Source: an uncultured Granulosicoccaceae bacterium (GTDB lineage: Bacteria > Pseudomonadota > Gammaproteobacteria > Granulosicoccales > Granulosicoccaceae). From it: a DNA stretch of 64,000 nt. The position numbers and the translations under genes are program-made. Below are positions 44,877 to 58,935 of this stretch, in pieces. The stretch spans positions 156,920 to 220,919 of the forward strand of contig CALGLE010000004.1 in the NCBI GenBank assembly GCA_937930305.1, written 5' to 3'. Under the pieces are notes generated by a model. The model was not told where the DNA came from, made no database searches, and saw nothing but the letters and a program-made list of their open reading frames with translations. Position 1 is the stretch's first letter. Each line of letters begins with the position of its first letter.

Positions 44877-47800
44877 ATGCGGTTGACACGAATCAAGATC
44901 GCTGGGTTTAAGTCGTTTGTCGACCCCACAGATCTCAGGATGCCAAGTTCATTGGTCGGCATTGTCGGCCCCAATGGCTGCGGCAAGTCAAACACCATCG
45001 ACGCGGTTCGATGGGTCATGGGCGAATCCTCTGCGAAACATCTTCGCGGCGAATCCATGGACGACGTCATATTCAATGGCTCGTCGCAACGTAAGCCCGT
45101 AGGGAAAGCCTCTGTTGAACTCATCTTCGACAATAACGAAGGCCGCCTAGGGGGTGAGTACGCCCAATACGCGGAAATCTCCATTCGCCGCGAAGCGACG
45201 CGCGATGGAAACTCTAAGTATTTTTTGAACAACACTCGCTGCCGCCGCCGCGACATTCGTGACATATTTTTGGGCACGGGCTTGGGCCCGCGCAGTTACG
45301 CCATTATCGAGCAAGGCATGGTGTCGCGCTTAATCGAAGCGAAGCCTGAAGACCTGCGTGTCTACTTAGAAGAGGCAGCAGGAATTTCGAAGTACAAAGA
45401 ACGCCGTCGTGAAACCGAAAACCGCATTCGTCACACCCGAGACAATCTGGATCGGTTGAACGATTTAGTGGAAGAGATAGACAAGCAGCTGGATAAGCTG
45501 AAGCGTCAAGCGAGTACGGCGGAACGGTTTCAGGTATTGAAGAGCGAAGAGCGCACGAAAAAAGGCGAACTGCTGTTGCTACGGCGTCGAGAATTTGAAG
45601 CGGCCCGCGAGAAGCAAGGTGTCGCAATTGCCGAAAAAGAAAAAGAGCTGGAATCGGTCATTGCCGAGCTGCGCGCGGAAGAAACGGCCATTGAGCGGTC
45701 ACGCGAATTGCGAGAATCGGCCAATGAGGAATTCAGCCGGGTGCAGGCCGATTTTTATCGCATCGGCGCGGATGTGTCGAACATCGAACAGCGCATTGAA
45801 CACACCAAAGCCACTCGGCGACAACAAAATCAAGATTTGGCGGATGTCGAAAAGTCGCTTTTGGAAGCCGAACAGCATGTGGCAGAGGATGAAAAGCGCA
45901 TCGGTGAAATTGATGAAACCATGGCCGTGGACCAGCCTCAGTTTGATCAATTAAAGGACAGCCAAAAAGTTCAGGCCGAAGTGTTAACCCAAGCGGAAAC
46001 TCAGCGTGCACAGTGGCAAGAACGCAGCAACGTGCACAGCGCACGCCGTGCTGAACTGGCACAAACGGCCCAAGTTGAGCGCTCTCGGAAAGACCAACTG
46101 GCACGCGGCATCGAGCAAAACGCGGCTCGTTTGATGCGCTTGGATGAAGAGAAGCATTCAGCCAACACCGCGTCATTGGAATCGGCGATTGCCACATTTA
46201 TTTCCGATGAAGTCGTTGCCGCTGACACGGAAAGTAAACTCAAGCTGCAAGTCGAGCAAAGCGTTGAATCTCAACAAGTGCTGCGAGAAGAAGTTCGCCG
46301 CAAGCAAGTTGAGGTGAATGAATCAAATATGAAGTTGCAGTCTCACTTAGGTCGATTGGCGTCCCTAGAAGCGCTGCAGCAAGCTGCCCTCAACAACGAC
46401 ACTAGCGCTGGCGATGCTTGGTTGGTGATGCATGAACTGGATGCGGCACCGCGCTTAGCTCAGCAGCTCACCATTGAGTCGGGTTGGGAGAAAGCGGTTG
46501 AGCTGGTGTTAGGTCCTAGCCTAGAGGCGGTGTGCGTTGACGACGAAGACATTCTGCAGCGCTGCTTGAATGATTTGCCCGCCGCCCAGCTCACCTTATT
46601 GGCCCCGAGTAAAGCGCCTTCACCCGATGCGCATTCCCTGCTAACCAAGGTTGAGCATGCTGGGGCTGTAGCTCACTTATTGGGCAGAGTACGAGTAGCT
46701 AACGATCTCAATGAGGCGCAAAGTGTTCGGCCAAGTTTAGATGATGATGAGTCCGTTATTACGCGTGATGGCGTGTGGCTGGGGCGTCAGTGGCTGCGCA
46801 TTGCGCGAGCCGATGCGGAAGACAGCGTATTGGTGCGTGAGAATGAAATAGCGGAGCTTCGCAACACCATTACCGATGTTGAAAAAAGCATTGAGAGTCA
46901 ACAGTCGGATTTACAGAATTTAGAAGAAAAGCTGTCTGGCCATGAAGCCCGTCGCGATACCTTGCAACACACATTCAATGATGCTGTACGTGCTCTGGCC
47001 GATGTGAAATCTAATTTGCATGCGCAGCGACAAGAACTCACTCAAATTACAGCGCGTCAACAGCAAATCGATGGCGAAGCGGATGAGTTGCGTTCTCAGT
47101 TGGCGGATGATCGTCAGTCATTAGAAGAGGCCACTCGTGCTCATGCCAGTGCAGCTGAATCGCTGGACGCTATGGCCGACGACGATGAACGTTTGCTGCT
47201 CGAACAAAGTGAACTGGATACCGCGCTTAAGGAGGCGAAAGCGCGCGTGGAGCAAGAACGCGACGCCGGCCAAGAAATTGCCATTCGAGTGGAATCGATG
47301 AAAAGTGCGCGCGTCGCGACTGAGCAGAACTTGCAGCGCATGCAAAAACGCATTCAGGAGCTGACAGATCGACGTGAGGCGTTGAACAGCGTCCTGGTGG
47401 AAGATGCGGTGGATCCACTCATTGCGCTAGAAGCCTCGTTGAACGATATGTTAAGCGCCCGAGGCAGCAGTGAAGAATCACTGAATGTGGCGCGCCAATC
47501 GCTGCAAGAGGTTGAGGAACGTTTGCGTCAACATGAGCAAGCTCGGGTGCGCCATGACCAACAATCTCAATTGGCGCGAGAGGCCTTGCAAAATGAGCGT
47601 ATGGCCACTCAAGAGTCGGTGGTGCGATTAAAAACCTTAGATGAGCAGCTGGCTGAGCACGACTACAATGTCGACGAGCTAAGTGAGAATATGCCGGCGG
47701 AAGCGACAGTATCGGATTGGGAGCAGGCCGTTGTTCAACTTGAGCAAAAAATTAACCGTTTAGGCCCGATCAATTTGGCGGCGATTGATGAACATGCTGA

Positions 47801-48374
47801 ACAATCTGAGCGTAAGAATTACTTGGATCAACAATACGCCGACGTTACCGAAGCCTTAGAAACCTTAGAGCGTGCGATTGCCAAGATTGATCGGGAAACT
47901 CGAGCCCGCTTTAAAGAAACTTACGAAGCGGTTAACGCGAAATTTGAAAAGTTCTTTCCTCGCTTATTCGGCGGAGGTAAGGCGTCGTTGCAGCTCACAG
48001 GTGATGATTTATTAAACACGGGTGTGACTGTTTTTGCGCAGCCTCCGGGTAAGCGAATCAATAATTTGCAGCTGTTGTCAGGTGGTGAAAAAGCACTAAC
48101 CGCCGTATCATTAGTGTTCGCCTTCTTTGAATTGAACCCTTCGCCGTTCTGTATGTTGGACGAAGTAGATGCACCACTGGATGATGCGAACGTTGGGCGC
48201 TTCTGCGAGCTGGTGCGAGAAATGTCTGAGCGTGTACAATTCATTATCATCACGCACAACAAGGTGACAATGGAATTGTCAGATCAGTTGATGGGTGTCA
48301 CCATGAATGAGCCAGGTGTTTCCCGTCTTGTTGCCGTGGATGTAGAAGAAGCCGTCGAATTGGCAGGCGTATAG
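44877..48374 (+). CDS. smc: Chromosome segregation protein SMC
   Basis: Walker A 'GPNGCGKS', coiled coils with hinge, 'LSGGEK', 'LDEVDAPLD'. Confidence 0.98.
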   Translation: MRLTRIKIAGFKSFVDPTDLRMPSSLVGIVGPNGCGKSNTIDAVRWVMGESSAKHLRGESMDDVIFNGSSQRKPVGKASVELIFDNNEGRLGGEYAQYAEISIRREATRDGNSKYFLNNTRCRRRDIRDIFLGTGLGPRSYAIIEQGMVSRLIEAKPEDLRVYLEEAAGISKYKERRRETENRIRHTRDNLDRLNDLVEEIDKQLDKLKRQASTAERFQVLKSEERTKKGELLLLRRREFEAAREKQGVAIAEKEKELESVIAELRAEETAIERSRELRESANEEFSRVQADFYRIGADVSNIEQRIEHTKATRRQQNQDLADVEKSLLEAEQHVAEDEKRIGEIDETMAVDQPQFDQLKDSQKVQAEVLTQAETQRAQWQERSNVHSARRAELAQTAQVERSRKDQLARGIEQNAARLMRLDEEKHSANTASLESAIATFISDEVVAADTESKLKLQVEQSVESQQVLREEVRRKQVEVNESNMKLQSHLGRLASLEALQQAALNNDTSAGDAWLVMHELDAAPRLAQQLTIESGWEKAVELVLGPSLEAVCVDDEDILQRCLNDLPAAQLTLLAPSKAPSPDAHSLLTKVEHAGAVAHLLGRVRVANDLNEAQSVRPSLDDDESVITRDGVWLGRQWLRIARADAEDSVLVRENEIAELRNTITDVEKSIESQQSDLQNLEEKLSGHEARRDTLQHTFNDAVRALADVKSNLHAQRQELTQITARQQQIDGEADELRSQLADDRQSLEEATRAHASAAESLDAMADDDERLLLEQSELDTALKEAKARVEQERDAGQEIAIRVESMKSARVATEQNLQRMQKRIQELTDRREALNSVLVEDAVDPLIALEASLNDMLSARGSSEESLNVARQSLQEVEERLRQHEQARVRHDQQSQLAREALQNERMATQESVVRLKTLDEQLAEHDYNVDELSENMPAEATVSDWEQAVVQLEQKINRLGPINLAAIDEHAEQSERKNYLDQQYADVTEALETLERAIAKIDRETRARFKETYEAVNAKFEKFFPRLFGGGKASLQLTGDDLLNTGVTVFAQPPGKRINNLQLLSGGEKALTAVSLVFAFFELNPSPFCMLDEVDAPLDDANVGRFCELVREMSERVQFIIITHNKVTMELSDQLMGVTMNEPGVSRLVAVDVEEAVELAGV

Positions 48375-48408
48375 TCTTAACCTCACACCGACCATTGGGG
48401 TCTTTTGC

Positions 48409-51389
<2,981 letters not shown>

Positions 51390-51462
51390 CCCGTCATCAC
51401 AGCCTAATTGGCCGTGGTATTCTGTTCATCCTATTATCAGCCCTCAGCGCGAAAATCGATTC

Positions 51463-52269
51463 ATGAGCACTGCCATTGCCGTTCACGGCGCGGCTGGCCG
51501 AATGGGCCGGCAACTCTTGGTCGCTGTGGCTGAAAACGCATCAGCCAAGCTCACTGAGGCGTTTGAATCCTCAGGTAATCCGTGTGTGGGGCAAGATGCC
51601 AGCCTGTTGTTTGGTGGCGACACCGTGGGCGTGCCCGTGGTAGATCAGGTGACGACCAAGGAAAGCCAATTTGATGTGGTGGTGGATTTCACCGCGCCTG
51701 TGGCCACGTTGGCGTTGTTAGATGCTTTGCAAGATTCAAGTAAAGCCATCGTTATCGGTACCACCGGTTTTGATGACGCGGGGCTGGCGGCGCTAAAAAG
51801 TCACGCCATAAAACGTCCGATTGTGTTTGCCTCCAACTACAGCGTCGGTGTCACTTTGTCCCTGCAGCTGCTGGCTGATGCAGCTAAAGCGTTGGGGGAC
51901 GACTACGATGTTGAGATAACCGAAGCGCACCATCGGCACAAAGTGGATGCGCCTTCTGGCACGGCGTTAAGCATGGGTCAGGCAGTCGCGGATGCACTGG
52001 GACGAAACTTAAAAACCGATGCGCTCTACGGGCGAGAAGGCATTACCGGTGCGCGAGATTCTAAAACCATCGGTTTTACCACCGTACGAGCCGGTGACAT
52101 CATTGGCGATCACACCGTGTTGTTTGCCGGTAACGGGGAACGACTGGAAATTACCCACCGGGCAGTGGATAGAATGACATTCGCACGTGGCGCGATACGA
52201 GCTGCGTGTTGGTTAAAAGGTCAAGCCCCCGGCTTGTATGACATGAGACATGTATTAGGTCTTGTTTGA
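51463..52269 (+). CDS. dapB: 4-hydroxy-tetrahydrodipicolinate reductase
   Basis: 'GAAGRMG', 'IGTTG', 'EAHHRHKVDAPSGTA', 'FARGA'. Confidence 0.97.
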   Translation: MSTAIAVHGAAGRMGRQLLVAVAENASAKLTEAFESSGNPCVGQDASLLFGGDTVGVPVVDQVTTKESQFDVVVDFTAPVATLALLDALQDSSKAIVIGTTGFDDAGLAALKSHAIKRPIVFASNYSVGVTLSLQLLADAAKALGDDYDVEITEAHHRHKVDAPSGTALSMGQAVADALGRNLKTDALYGREGITGARDSKTIGFTTVRAGDIIGDHTVLFAGNGERLEITHRAVDRMTFARGAIRAACWLKGQAPGLYDMRHVLGLV

Positions 52270-52324
52270 TTTTTCCTTGCCATCGAGACACTATTTTTAA
52301 ACGCTGTTGCGAAACGAGAACAAC

Positions 52325-53278
52325 ATGACAATTGCAGTGGTTTTTCCTGGCCAGGGGTCACAAAAGACCGGCATGCTAAAAGAGTTAGCCGACGAACACG
52401 CCGTGGTTAAAGAGGTCTTTGCCGAAGCCAGTGATGCGTTCGGTCAAGAGTTATGGGCGTTATCGCAAAACGGCCCAGACGAAGCCTTAGCGGATACACG
52501 CGTCACTCAGCCGTTAATGTTCACCAGTGGCGTGGCCGTTTGGCGTACCTTGCAATTGGTCGGTGTGCCGGCACCGGTTGCCGTGGCTGGTCATAGCTTG
52601 GGCGAATTTGCTGCCTTGGTCGCAGCCGAAGTTCTGTCGTTTGCAGACGGTTGTCAAATCGTTAAGCGGCGGGCGGAACTCATGGCGCAGGCGGTGCCTG
52701 ATGGGGAAGGGGGCATGGCTGCTCTGTTGGGTATGGACGATGCAGATGTGCTTAGCTTGTGTGCAGACATGACGGGTGAGCGTGTGGTGGAAGCGGTTAA
52801 CTTTAATGCGCCTGGGCAAGTCGCAATTTCTGGGCATGTGGATGCCTTGGAACTTACCGTGGTTGAAGCGAAAACTCGCGGCGCAAGAAAAGCCATCATG
52901 TTGCCAGTGAGTGTGCCTAATCACAGTTCGCTGATGCAAGACGCAGGTAAGCAATTGGCTGAGTTAATGGCTTCGATCACTTTCAACGAACCCAGCGTGC
53001 CGATTGTTCAGAACGCCAGTGCGTCCGCGCCACAAGATGTGAACGCTTTGATGGCAAGCTTGAAAGAACACGTTTACAACCCGGTGCAGTGGACACGTAC
53101 CGTGGAAACATTAAGAGATCAATTCAACGTTACTACCTTGATAGAGGCAGGCCCGGGGAAAGTATTGACCGGTTTGTCAAAACGAATTGATCGTGGTTTA
53201 CCGTGTTTGTCGGTGGACAGTGCGGACACTTTGGCGGCAGCAATAGAATCGGTAAACACCGCAGGAATAGAAGCATGA
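52325..53278 (+). CDS. fabD: Malonyl CoA-ACP transacylase
   Basis: 'FPGQGSQ', 'GHSLGE', 'NFNAPGQV', 'VPNHS', 'GPGKVL'. Confidence 0.97.
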   Translation: MTIAVVFPGQGSQKTGMLKELADEHAVVKEVFAEASDAFGQELWALSQNGPDEALADTRVTQPLMFTSGVAVWRTLQLVGVPAPVAVAGHSLGEFAALVAAEVLSFADGCQIVKRRAELMAQAVPDGEGGMAALLGMDDADVLSLCADMTGERVVEAVNFNAPGQVAISGHVDALELTVVEAKTRGARKAIMLPVSVPNHSSLMQDAGKQLAELMASITFNEPSVPIVQNASASAPQDVNALMASLKEHVYNPVQWTRTVETLRDQFNVTTLIEAGPGKVLTGLSKRIDRGLPCLSVDSADTLAAAIESVNTAGIEA

Positions 53279-54021
53279 GTGAAGTCAACCAATCGGTTGT
53301 GTTGGTCACAGGCGCAAGTCGTGGAATTGGTTCTGCCATCGCCGATGGCTTCATTACCGAGGGTGCATGCGTCGTTGGCACAGCAACCAGTCAAGCCGGT
53401 GCAGACAAAATTACTGAACGATTTGCGGCCGCCGGTGGTAAAGGCACGGGTATGGTACTAAACGTCACAGACGCGGCTGGCTGTGAAGCCACGCTGGCAG
53501 CGATCACGGAACAGTTTGGGGCAGTCAATGTTTTGGTGAACAACGCAGGTATCACGCGTGACACCCTGATGATGCGCATGAAAGAAGAGGATTGGGATGC
53601 GGTGATTGCAACGAACCTGACCAGTGTGTGGCGCTTATCCAAATTGGCGATAAAGCCCATGATGAAAGCTCGCAGTGGACGTATCATTAACATTTCATCG
53701 GTGGTTGGGCATACCGGAAATGCCGGTCAAGTGAATTACGCTGCTGCAAAGGCGGGGCTGTCGGGTATAACAAAATCGATGGCCTCTGAATTGGGATCTC
53801 GCGGTATTACCGTCAATTCCATAGCGCCGGGTTTTATTCAATCAGACATGACTGATGAATTAAGTGATGAGCAGAAAAGTGGGCTGATGGGGGCTATCGC
53901 TTTGGGGCGCTTTGGTGCTCCCGAAGATGTGGCCGCTGCGGCCCGGTTTTTGGCCTCTGATGGGGCTTCTTACATCACCGGTCAAACACTGCATGTAAAT
54001 GGAGGCATGTATATGGGGTAA
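53275..54021 (+). CDS. fabG: 3-oxoacyl-ACP reductase
   Basis: 'TGASRGIG', 'NNAGITRD', 'YAAAK', 'APGFI'; ATG at 53275 overlaps the fabD stop. Confidence 0.97.
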   Translation: MSEVNQSVVLVTGASRGIGSAIADGFITEGACVVGTATSQAGADKITERFAAAGGKGTGMVLNVTDAAGCEATLAAITEQFGAVNVLVNNAGITRDTLMMRMKEEDWDAVIATNLTSVWRLSKLAIKPMMKARSGRIINISSVVGHTGNAGQVNYAAAKAGLSGITKSMASELGSRGITVNSIAPGFIQSDMTDELSDEQKSGLMGAIALGRFGAPEDVAAAARFLASDGASYITGQTLHVNGGMYMG

Positions 54022-54220
54022 CCGGCGAACGATTTCGGTCTTGAATCGGTGCCATGAGCCCCTATATTATGTACAAATATTGGCCAGTTGATTGGGGGTA
54101 ACCCCACTACAGGGCAAAACGAGCGGCAAGCTATCGAATAAGTCGTAGCGCGTCGACGGTGGTTTCACTACAATAGCGGCGCGGAAAGTCTGTCCGCTAA
54201 ATTTTCGGAGTTTATCTACG

Positions 54221-54460
54221 ATGAGCAGTATCGACGAACGCGTCAAAAAGATTGTTGTCGAGCAATTAGGTGTTAAAGAAGACGAAGTGACCAATGCGGC
54301 TTCCTTTGTGGAAGATTTAGGCGCAGACTCACTCGATACGGTCGAGCTGGTCATGGCTTTAGAAGAGGAATTCGAATGTGAAATTCCTGATGAAGAGGCG
54401 GAGAAAATTACTACGGTGCAGCAAGCAGTCGATTATGTGAATGCGCACCTAGAGGCATAA
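54221..54460 (+). CDS. acpP: Acyl carrier protein
   Basis: '[20 protein letters not shown]'. Confidence 0.98.
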   Translation: MSSIDERVKKIVVEQLGVKEDEVTNAASFVEDLGADSLDTVELVMALEEEFECEIPDEEAEKITTVQQAVDYVNAHLEA

Positions 54461-54483
54461 ACCTCTGACGTAAATTGATGAAG

Positions 54484-54509
54484 CAAGCCGGCGCAATTGC
54501 GCCGGTTTG
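54484..54509 (+). terminator. Hairpin after acpP (probable terminator/attenuator)
   Basis: CAAGCCGGCGC-AATT-GCGCCGGTTTG followed by a T-rich stretch. Confidence 0.55.
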
Positions 54510-54562
54510 TCGTTTGGCTGTATTAAATTTAATGCGATCTTCATCGCTGGTACGGGGTAGAA

Positions 54563-55810
54563 ATGTCTTCAAAGAGACGTGTGGTAGTGACCGGCTTAGG
54601 GCTTATCACGCCAGTCGGTAACGATGTAGACAGTTCCTGGCAAGCCATCTTGGCCGGCCAATCGGGTGTACAAACCATCGACTTTTTTGATGTCGAACCC
54701 TATGCCACAAAATTCAGTGCATCCGTTAAGGGTTTCGATCCGTTGGAGCACTTTGCTAAAAAAGACATTCGCAAAATGGACACCTTTGTGCATTTTGGTG
54801 TGGTCGCTGGCGAGCAAGCCATTAAAGACGCAGGCCTGGATGACGCTGACGGCTTGGATATGGAAAGGGTGGGCGTGGCGGTCGGGTCCGGCATCGGCGG
54901 TTTACCCAACATCGAGGTGCAGCATGCCGCCATGTTGAAAGGTGGCCCACGTAAAGTGTCGCCGTTCTTTGTACCTTCAACCATTATAAATATGATCAGC
55001 GGCAACATCTCAATACGCCGTGGTTTTAAAGGGCCCAACATCTGTATCACCACCGCCTGTACGACTGGCACCCATAACATTGGGGACGCAGCTCGCTTCA
55101 TTGAATACGGCGATGCTGACATCATGATCGCTGGTGGTGCTGAGATGGCGACTTGCCCATTGGGCTTATCCGGGTTTGGAGCTGCTCGTGCTTTATCGAC
55201 TCGCAATGACGATCCCGCTGCAGCGTCTCGCCCATGGGATAAAGATCGCGATGGCTTTGTGCTCGGTGACGGCGCTGGCGTTATGGTACTAGAAGAGTAC
55301 GAACACGCCAAAGCTCGAGGAGCAAAAATCTATTGCGAATTAGCCGGCTATGGCATGTCAGGGGATGCATACCACATGACACTACCGGCGGAAGGGGGCG
55401 AAGGGGCAGCGCGTTGCATGAAGGCGGCGTTAAGAAATGCCAACCTAGATCCATCAGACATCAGTTACATCAACGCCCACGGCACATCCACTCCGGCGGG
55501 TGACTTGGCCGAAACCGAAGCGGTTAAAAGTGTGTTTGCATCACACGCCAATGATGTGTTGGTGTCATCAACCAAAAGTATGACGGGGCATCTGCTGGGG
55601 GCTGCCGGTGGTATTGAGGCGGTGTTCAGTGTGTTAGCGCTGCGTGATCAAGTGGCACCTCCCACCATTAATCTTGAAAACCCGAGTGATGGTTGCGATT
55701 TAGACTTTGTTCCGGGTAAGGCGCGACCCGCACCACTCAAAGCCGCCTTATCCAATTCCTTTGGTTTCGGTGGCACCAACGGAACCTTAGTTTTTAAAAC
55801 GACTGATTAA
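54563..55810 (+). CDS. fabF: Beta-ketoacyl-ACP synthase II
   Basis: 'TTACTTG', 'NAHGTST', 'GHLLGAAG', 'NSFGFGG'. Confidence 0.97.
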   Translation: MSSKRRVVVTGLGLITPVGNDVDSSWQAILAGQSGVQTIDFFDVEPYATKFSASVKGFDPLEHFAKKDIRKMDTFVHFGVVAGEQAIKDAGLDDADGLDMERVGVAVGSGIGGLPNIEVQHAAMLKGGPRKVSPFFVPSTIINMISGNISIRRGFKGPNICITTACTTGTHNIGDAARFIEYGDADIMIAGGAEMATCPLGLSGFGAARALSTRNDDPAAASRPWDKDRDGFVLGDGAGVMVLEEYEHAKARGAKIYCELAGYGMSGDAYHMTLPAEGGEGAARCMKAALRNANLDPSDISYINAHGTSTPAGDLAETEAVKSVFASHANDVLVSSTKSMTGHLLGAAGGIEAVFSVLALRDQVAPPTINLENPSDGCDLDFVPGKARPAPLKAALSNSFGFGGTNGTLVFKTTD

Positions 55811-55816
55811 TCACTC

Positions 55817-56824
55817 ATGCTGCGTTTTCTAGGATGGATGTTTCTGTTGGCCCTGATCGCTGTAGCAGGCGCTGCGTTCTGGGGTTGGAACGATTACCAA
55901 ACGTTTCTCAAACAAAAGCGTGAAATCTCGCCGACCGCTCAATCGTTTACCGTGAAAAGTGGTTGGTCTGCAAAGCGTGTTGCTAACGAACTGGTTAGCA
56001 CCGGCATCATCAACAAGGCGCATTGGTTTGAATTGTATGCCAGGCAAAGCCAGTTAGCGCCTTCGATTAAGTCGGGTGAATTTAAGTTACCAGCCGCCGC
56101 TACGGTGCCAGAAATTTTAGATGTGTTGGTTGCGGGTAAAACCGTACAGTATTCCCACACCGTTATCGAAGGGCATAATTGGCGCCAAGTGAGATCTCAG
56201 CTGGCCAAGGCAGACGATCTTGTTCAAACGATTGGCGAGATCAGTGACGAAGAATTGATGGCAAAGCTCGGCTTGGATGGGCAGCACCCAGAAGGGGTTT
56301 TCTTTGCTGACACTTACGCCTTTCCTCGTAACACAAGCGATGTGGAATTTTTGCAACGCGCGAACGATATGTTGCAGCGTGTGTTGCAAGAAGAGTGGGA
56401 TAAACGTGATGAAGGTTTGCCGTTTGAGTCGCCTTATGAAGCCTTAATACTGGCATCGATTGTTGAAAAGGAAACGGCTGTGCCCGCTGAACGCCCTGAG
56501 ATTGCGGGCGTGTTTGTTTCACGATTGCGTAAGCGCATGCGTTTGCAAACCGACCCCACGGTTATTTATGGCATGGGTGAGGCGTACGATGGCAATATTC
56601 GCCGTAAAGATCTTAGAACCGATACCCCTTACAACACCTACACGCGGGGCGGGCTGCCACCCACACCCATTTCGATGGTGGGACGAGATGCCATTCAAGC
56701 CGTCATGCACCCTGAAAACACCACCGCTTTGTATTTTGTGGCACGAGGTGACGGCACACACCAATTTTCTGAAACCATCGAACAGCACAATGCGGCGGTT
56801 CGTAAATATCAGTTGAAACGCTAG
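55817..56824 (+). CDS. mltG: Endolytic transglycosylase MltG (YceG)
   Basis: 'EGVFFADTY', 'LASIVEKET', 'LQTDPT', 'YNTY...GLPPTPI'. Confidence 0.95.
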   Translation: MLRFLGWMFLLALIAVAGAAFWGWNDYQTFLKQKREISPTAQSFTVKSGWSAKRVANELVSTGIINKAHWFELYARQSQLAPSIKSGEFKLPAAATVPEILDVLVAGKTVQYSHTVIEGHNWRQVRSQLAKADDLVQTIGEISDEELMAKLGLDGQHPEGVFFADTYAFPRNTSDVEFLQRANDMLQRVLQEEWDKRDEGLPFESPYEALILASIVEKETAVPAERPEIAGVFVSRLRKRMRLQTDPTVIYGMGEAYDGNIRRKDLRTDTPYNTYTRGGLPPTPISMVGRDAIQAVMHPENTTALYFVARGDGTHQFSETIEQHNAAVRKYQLKR

Positions 56825-57471
56825 TGGCGTCCGCTGGCAAATTCATTTCGGTAGAAGGATTGGAAGGTGTTGGTAAGACCACGAATTTAACTTACCTTCA
56901 ATCGCTGATTGAAAACGCTGGGCACCAATTGGTCGTTACTCGCGAGCCAGGTGGCACCGAATTAGGTGAAGCTTTGCGGGATGTGCTGTTGCATAGCCAA
57001 CATCAAATGCAAGCGGAAACCGAGATGTTGATGATGGCAGCTTCGCGTGTTGAACATGTCGCGCAAGTCATACTGCCAGCGTTAGCTTCTGGCAAATGGG
57101 TGCTGAGTGATCGTTACTTGGATGCCAGCTTGGCGTATCAAGGCGGTGGTCGAGCCATTGGAATTGAACGCGTTAGAGAGATTCATACCTTAGCGGGGGT
57201 GACACGCATGCCGGATTTAACTCTATTATTGGATATGCCAATTGAGCTGGGAAGAGAGCGGATAGCCGGTCGCGGAGCAGCAGATCGAATTGAGTCAGAA
57301 GCCAATGAATTTTTTGAACGTTGTCGCGCGGGCTACTTAGCAGTCGCAGGTGCTGAACCGGATCGGGTCAAGATCATTGACGCCAGTGCACCTTTGGTCG
57401 ATGTTCAGCGAGCGATTCACGCGTGTTTGGAACCTTTACTGAATGCGTCGGTGCCGCATGGCGAAAGTTGA
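56824..57471 (+). CDS. tmk: Thymidylate kinase
   Basis: 'EGLEGVGKTT', 'TREPGG', 'DRY..ASLAYQG'. Confidence 0.96.
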   Translation: MASAGKFISVEGLEGVGKTTNLTYLQSLIENAGHQLVVTREPGGTELGEALRDVLLHSQHQMQAETEMLMMAASRVEHVAQVILPALASGKWVLSDRYLDASLAYQGGGRAIGIERVREIHTLAGVTRMPDLTLLLDMPIELGRERIAGRGAADRIESEANEFFERCRAGYLAVAGAEPDRVKIIDASAPLVDVQRAIHACLEPLLNASVPHGES

Positions 57472-58486
57472 CGAAGAGCAACCGCAGAGCCTCAATGAGG
57501 TTCAAACATGCCCGCCGTGGTTAACGCACAGTTATATCCATGTCGTGAATCGTCATCGCGCAGGCACCTTACCGCATGCCTTGCTATTCAGTGGTCAGGC
57601 AGAACTGGGTAAACGCTGGTTTGCACAGAGCCTAGTTCGAACTTTGGCTTGTCGAACTGTCTTGGCAGATAATGCGTTGGCAGCTTGTGGGACGTGTGAA
57701 TCCTGTGCGCAATTGAGCGTGGGTTCTTCAACAGAGTTTCGTTATTTACAGCCTGCCGGTAAAAGCCACACCATTCGAATTGACCCAGTCAGAGAATTAG
57801 TTGAATGGTTGCAGTTAGCGGCCAGTGCGGGACGTTATCGCATCGCGCTCATTACTGGCGCTGACACAATGAATCGAGCGGCTGCAAATGCCTTGTTGAA
57901 AACCTTGGAAGAGCCCGCGGCTCGAAGTGTGTGTGTTTTAGTAGCGGATAACCCGGCGCAGCTGCCACCCACGGTGATTAGCCGCTGCCAGCAAATTCCG
58001 TTGAGTGTGGAGAGCCGGGAAGATGCCCTGGGTTGGTTAAGCCAGCAGTTGCCCGAAGGTGATGATGCGGCGGCGGCTTTGGATACGGCACGCGGTGCAC
58101 CACTACGTGCTGTTAGAGAAGCAAATCCGGATTGGAGAAACCAACAAAGCGTAATCGACGCGGCTTGGTGGAATCTATTGATGCACAAGCGCAGTGTTGG
58201 GGCGATTGTTGAGTCGTTGAAAGATGTGCCGCTATCGTTGTGCTTGGCAAGATTCATGGCCTTAAGTGCATCAGCCATCGCTCATCGGCAGGGCGCAGGC
58301 GCGTATTCAACCGCAAATGATCTGTCTGAGGAGCAATTGGCGGCTGTCCACCGGCTCAATAGTGTGCAGTGGTTCACAATTCGCGATGATCTTCTGCGTT
58401 TGTACCGAATCGACAGCGCCAGCTTTAAGACTCAGACTGTGCTTGAGGGATTTCTTGCCGATACGAGAATTAAGATTAACGGTTGA
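57458..58486 (+). CDS. holB: DNA polymerase III delta' subunit
   Basis: 'HALLFSG', 'CGTCESC', 'AANALLKTLEEP', 'TVISRCQ'. Confidence 0.93.
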   Translation: MAKVDEEQPQSLNEVQTCPPWLTHSYIHVVNRHRAGTLPHALLFSGQAELGKRWFAQSLVRTLACRTVLADNALAACGTCESCAQLSVGSSTEFRYLQPAGKSHTIRIDPVRELVEWLQLAASAGRYRIALITGADTMNRAAANALLKTLEEPAARSVCVLVADNPAQLPPTVISRCQQIPLSVESREDALGWLSQQLPEGDDAAAALDTARGAPLRAVREANPDWRNQQSVIDAAWWNLLMHKRSVGAIVESLKDVPLSLCLARFMALSASAIAHRQGAGAYSTANDLSEEQLAAVHRLNSVQWFTIRDDLLRLYRIDSASFKTQTVLEGFLADTRIKING

Positions 58487-58495
58487 GATTGGCCC

Positions 58496-58843
58496 ATGAC
58501 CACCGAGACGCGTAAAGGTATTATCGCTTTCTCCATCACCGACCGCGGTGCTTTGTATTCTTCGTATATGCAATACGTGACTAATGGCGGTGTATTTGTT
58601 CCCACCTCTCGTTCCTATGATATCGGCGACTGCGTCTTCGTGTTGCTGAAAATTATGGATGAAACCACGCCTTTTGCTCTAGAAGCTGAAGTGGTTTGGA
58701 TTACTCCACCGGGTGCACAGGGCAACAAGCTCAATGGTATTGGTGTGCAATTTGACGAAGCTGACAAAGGCGCTGCGAAGAACGCGATTGAACAGCACTT
58801 GGGCGGCACGCTGCAATCGGAACGACCGACTCAAACTATGTAA
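58496..58843 (+). CDS. pilZ: Type IV pilus PilZ-domain protein
   Basis: 'LYSSYM.YV.NGGVFVPT', 'VVWITP', 'GIGVQF', C-terminal 'T.TM'; follows holB. Confidence 0.92.
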   Translation: MTTETRKGIIAFSITDRGALYSSYMQYVTNGGVFVPTSRSYDIGDCVFVLLKIMDETTPFALEAEVVWITPPGAQGNKLNGIGVQFDEADKGAAKNAIEQHLGGTLQSERPTQTM

Positions 58844-58867
58844 TTCAGTGACGTTGGCGTCACTGAA
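58844..58867. repeat. Perfect 10-bp inverted repeat after pilZ
   Basis: TTCAGTGACG-TTGG-CGTCACTGAA; no long U-tract. Confidence 0.7.
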
Positions 58868-58935
58868 GTTCGCTATTGGGGTCTGCTACTATGGCATTCG
58901 TTTTGTCGTAAGCCCTTTAGCGAGCCCCAAAAAGT

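Noticed and set aside
44771-45277. 168-aa ORF antisense to the smc 5' end, and the many other 60-180 aa antisense or alternate-frame ORFs in the track
   Set aside because: Shadow ORFs of well-supported genes, lacking RBS, motifs or independent context.
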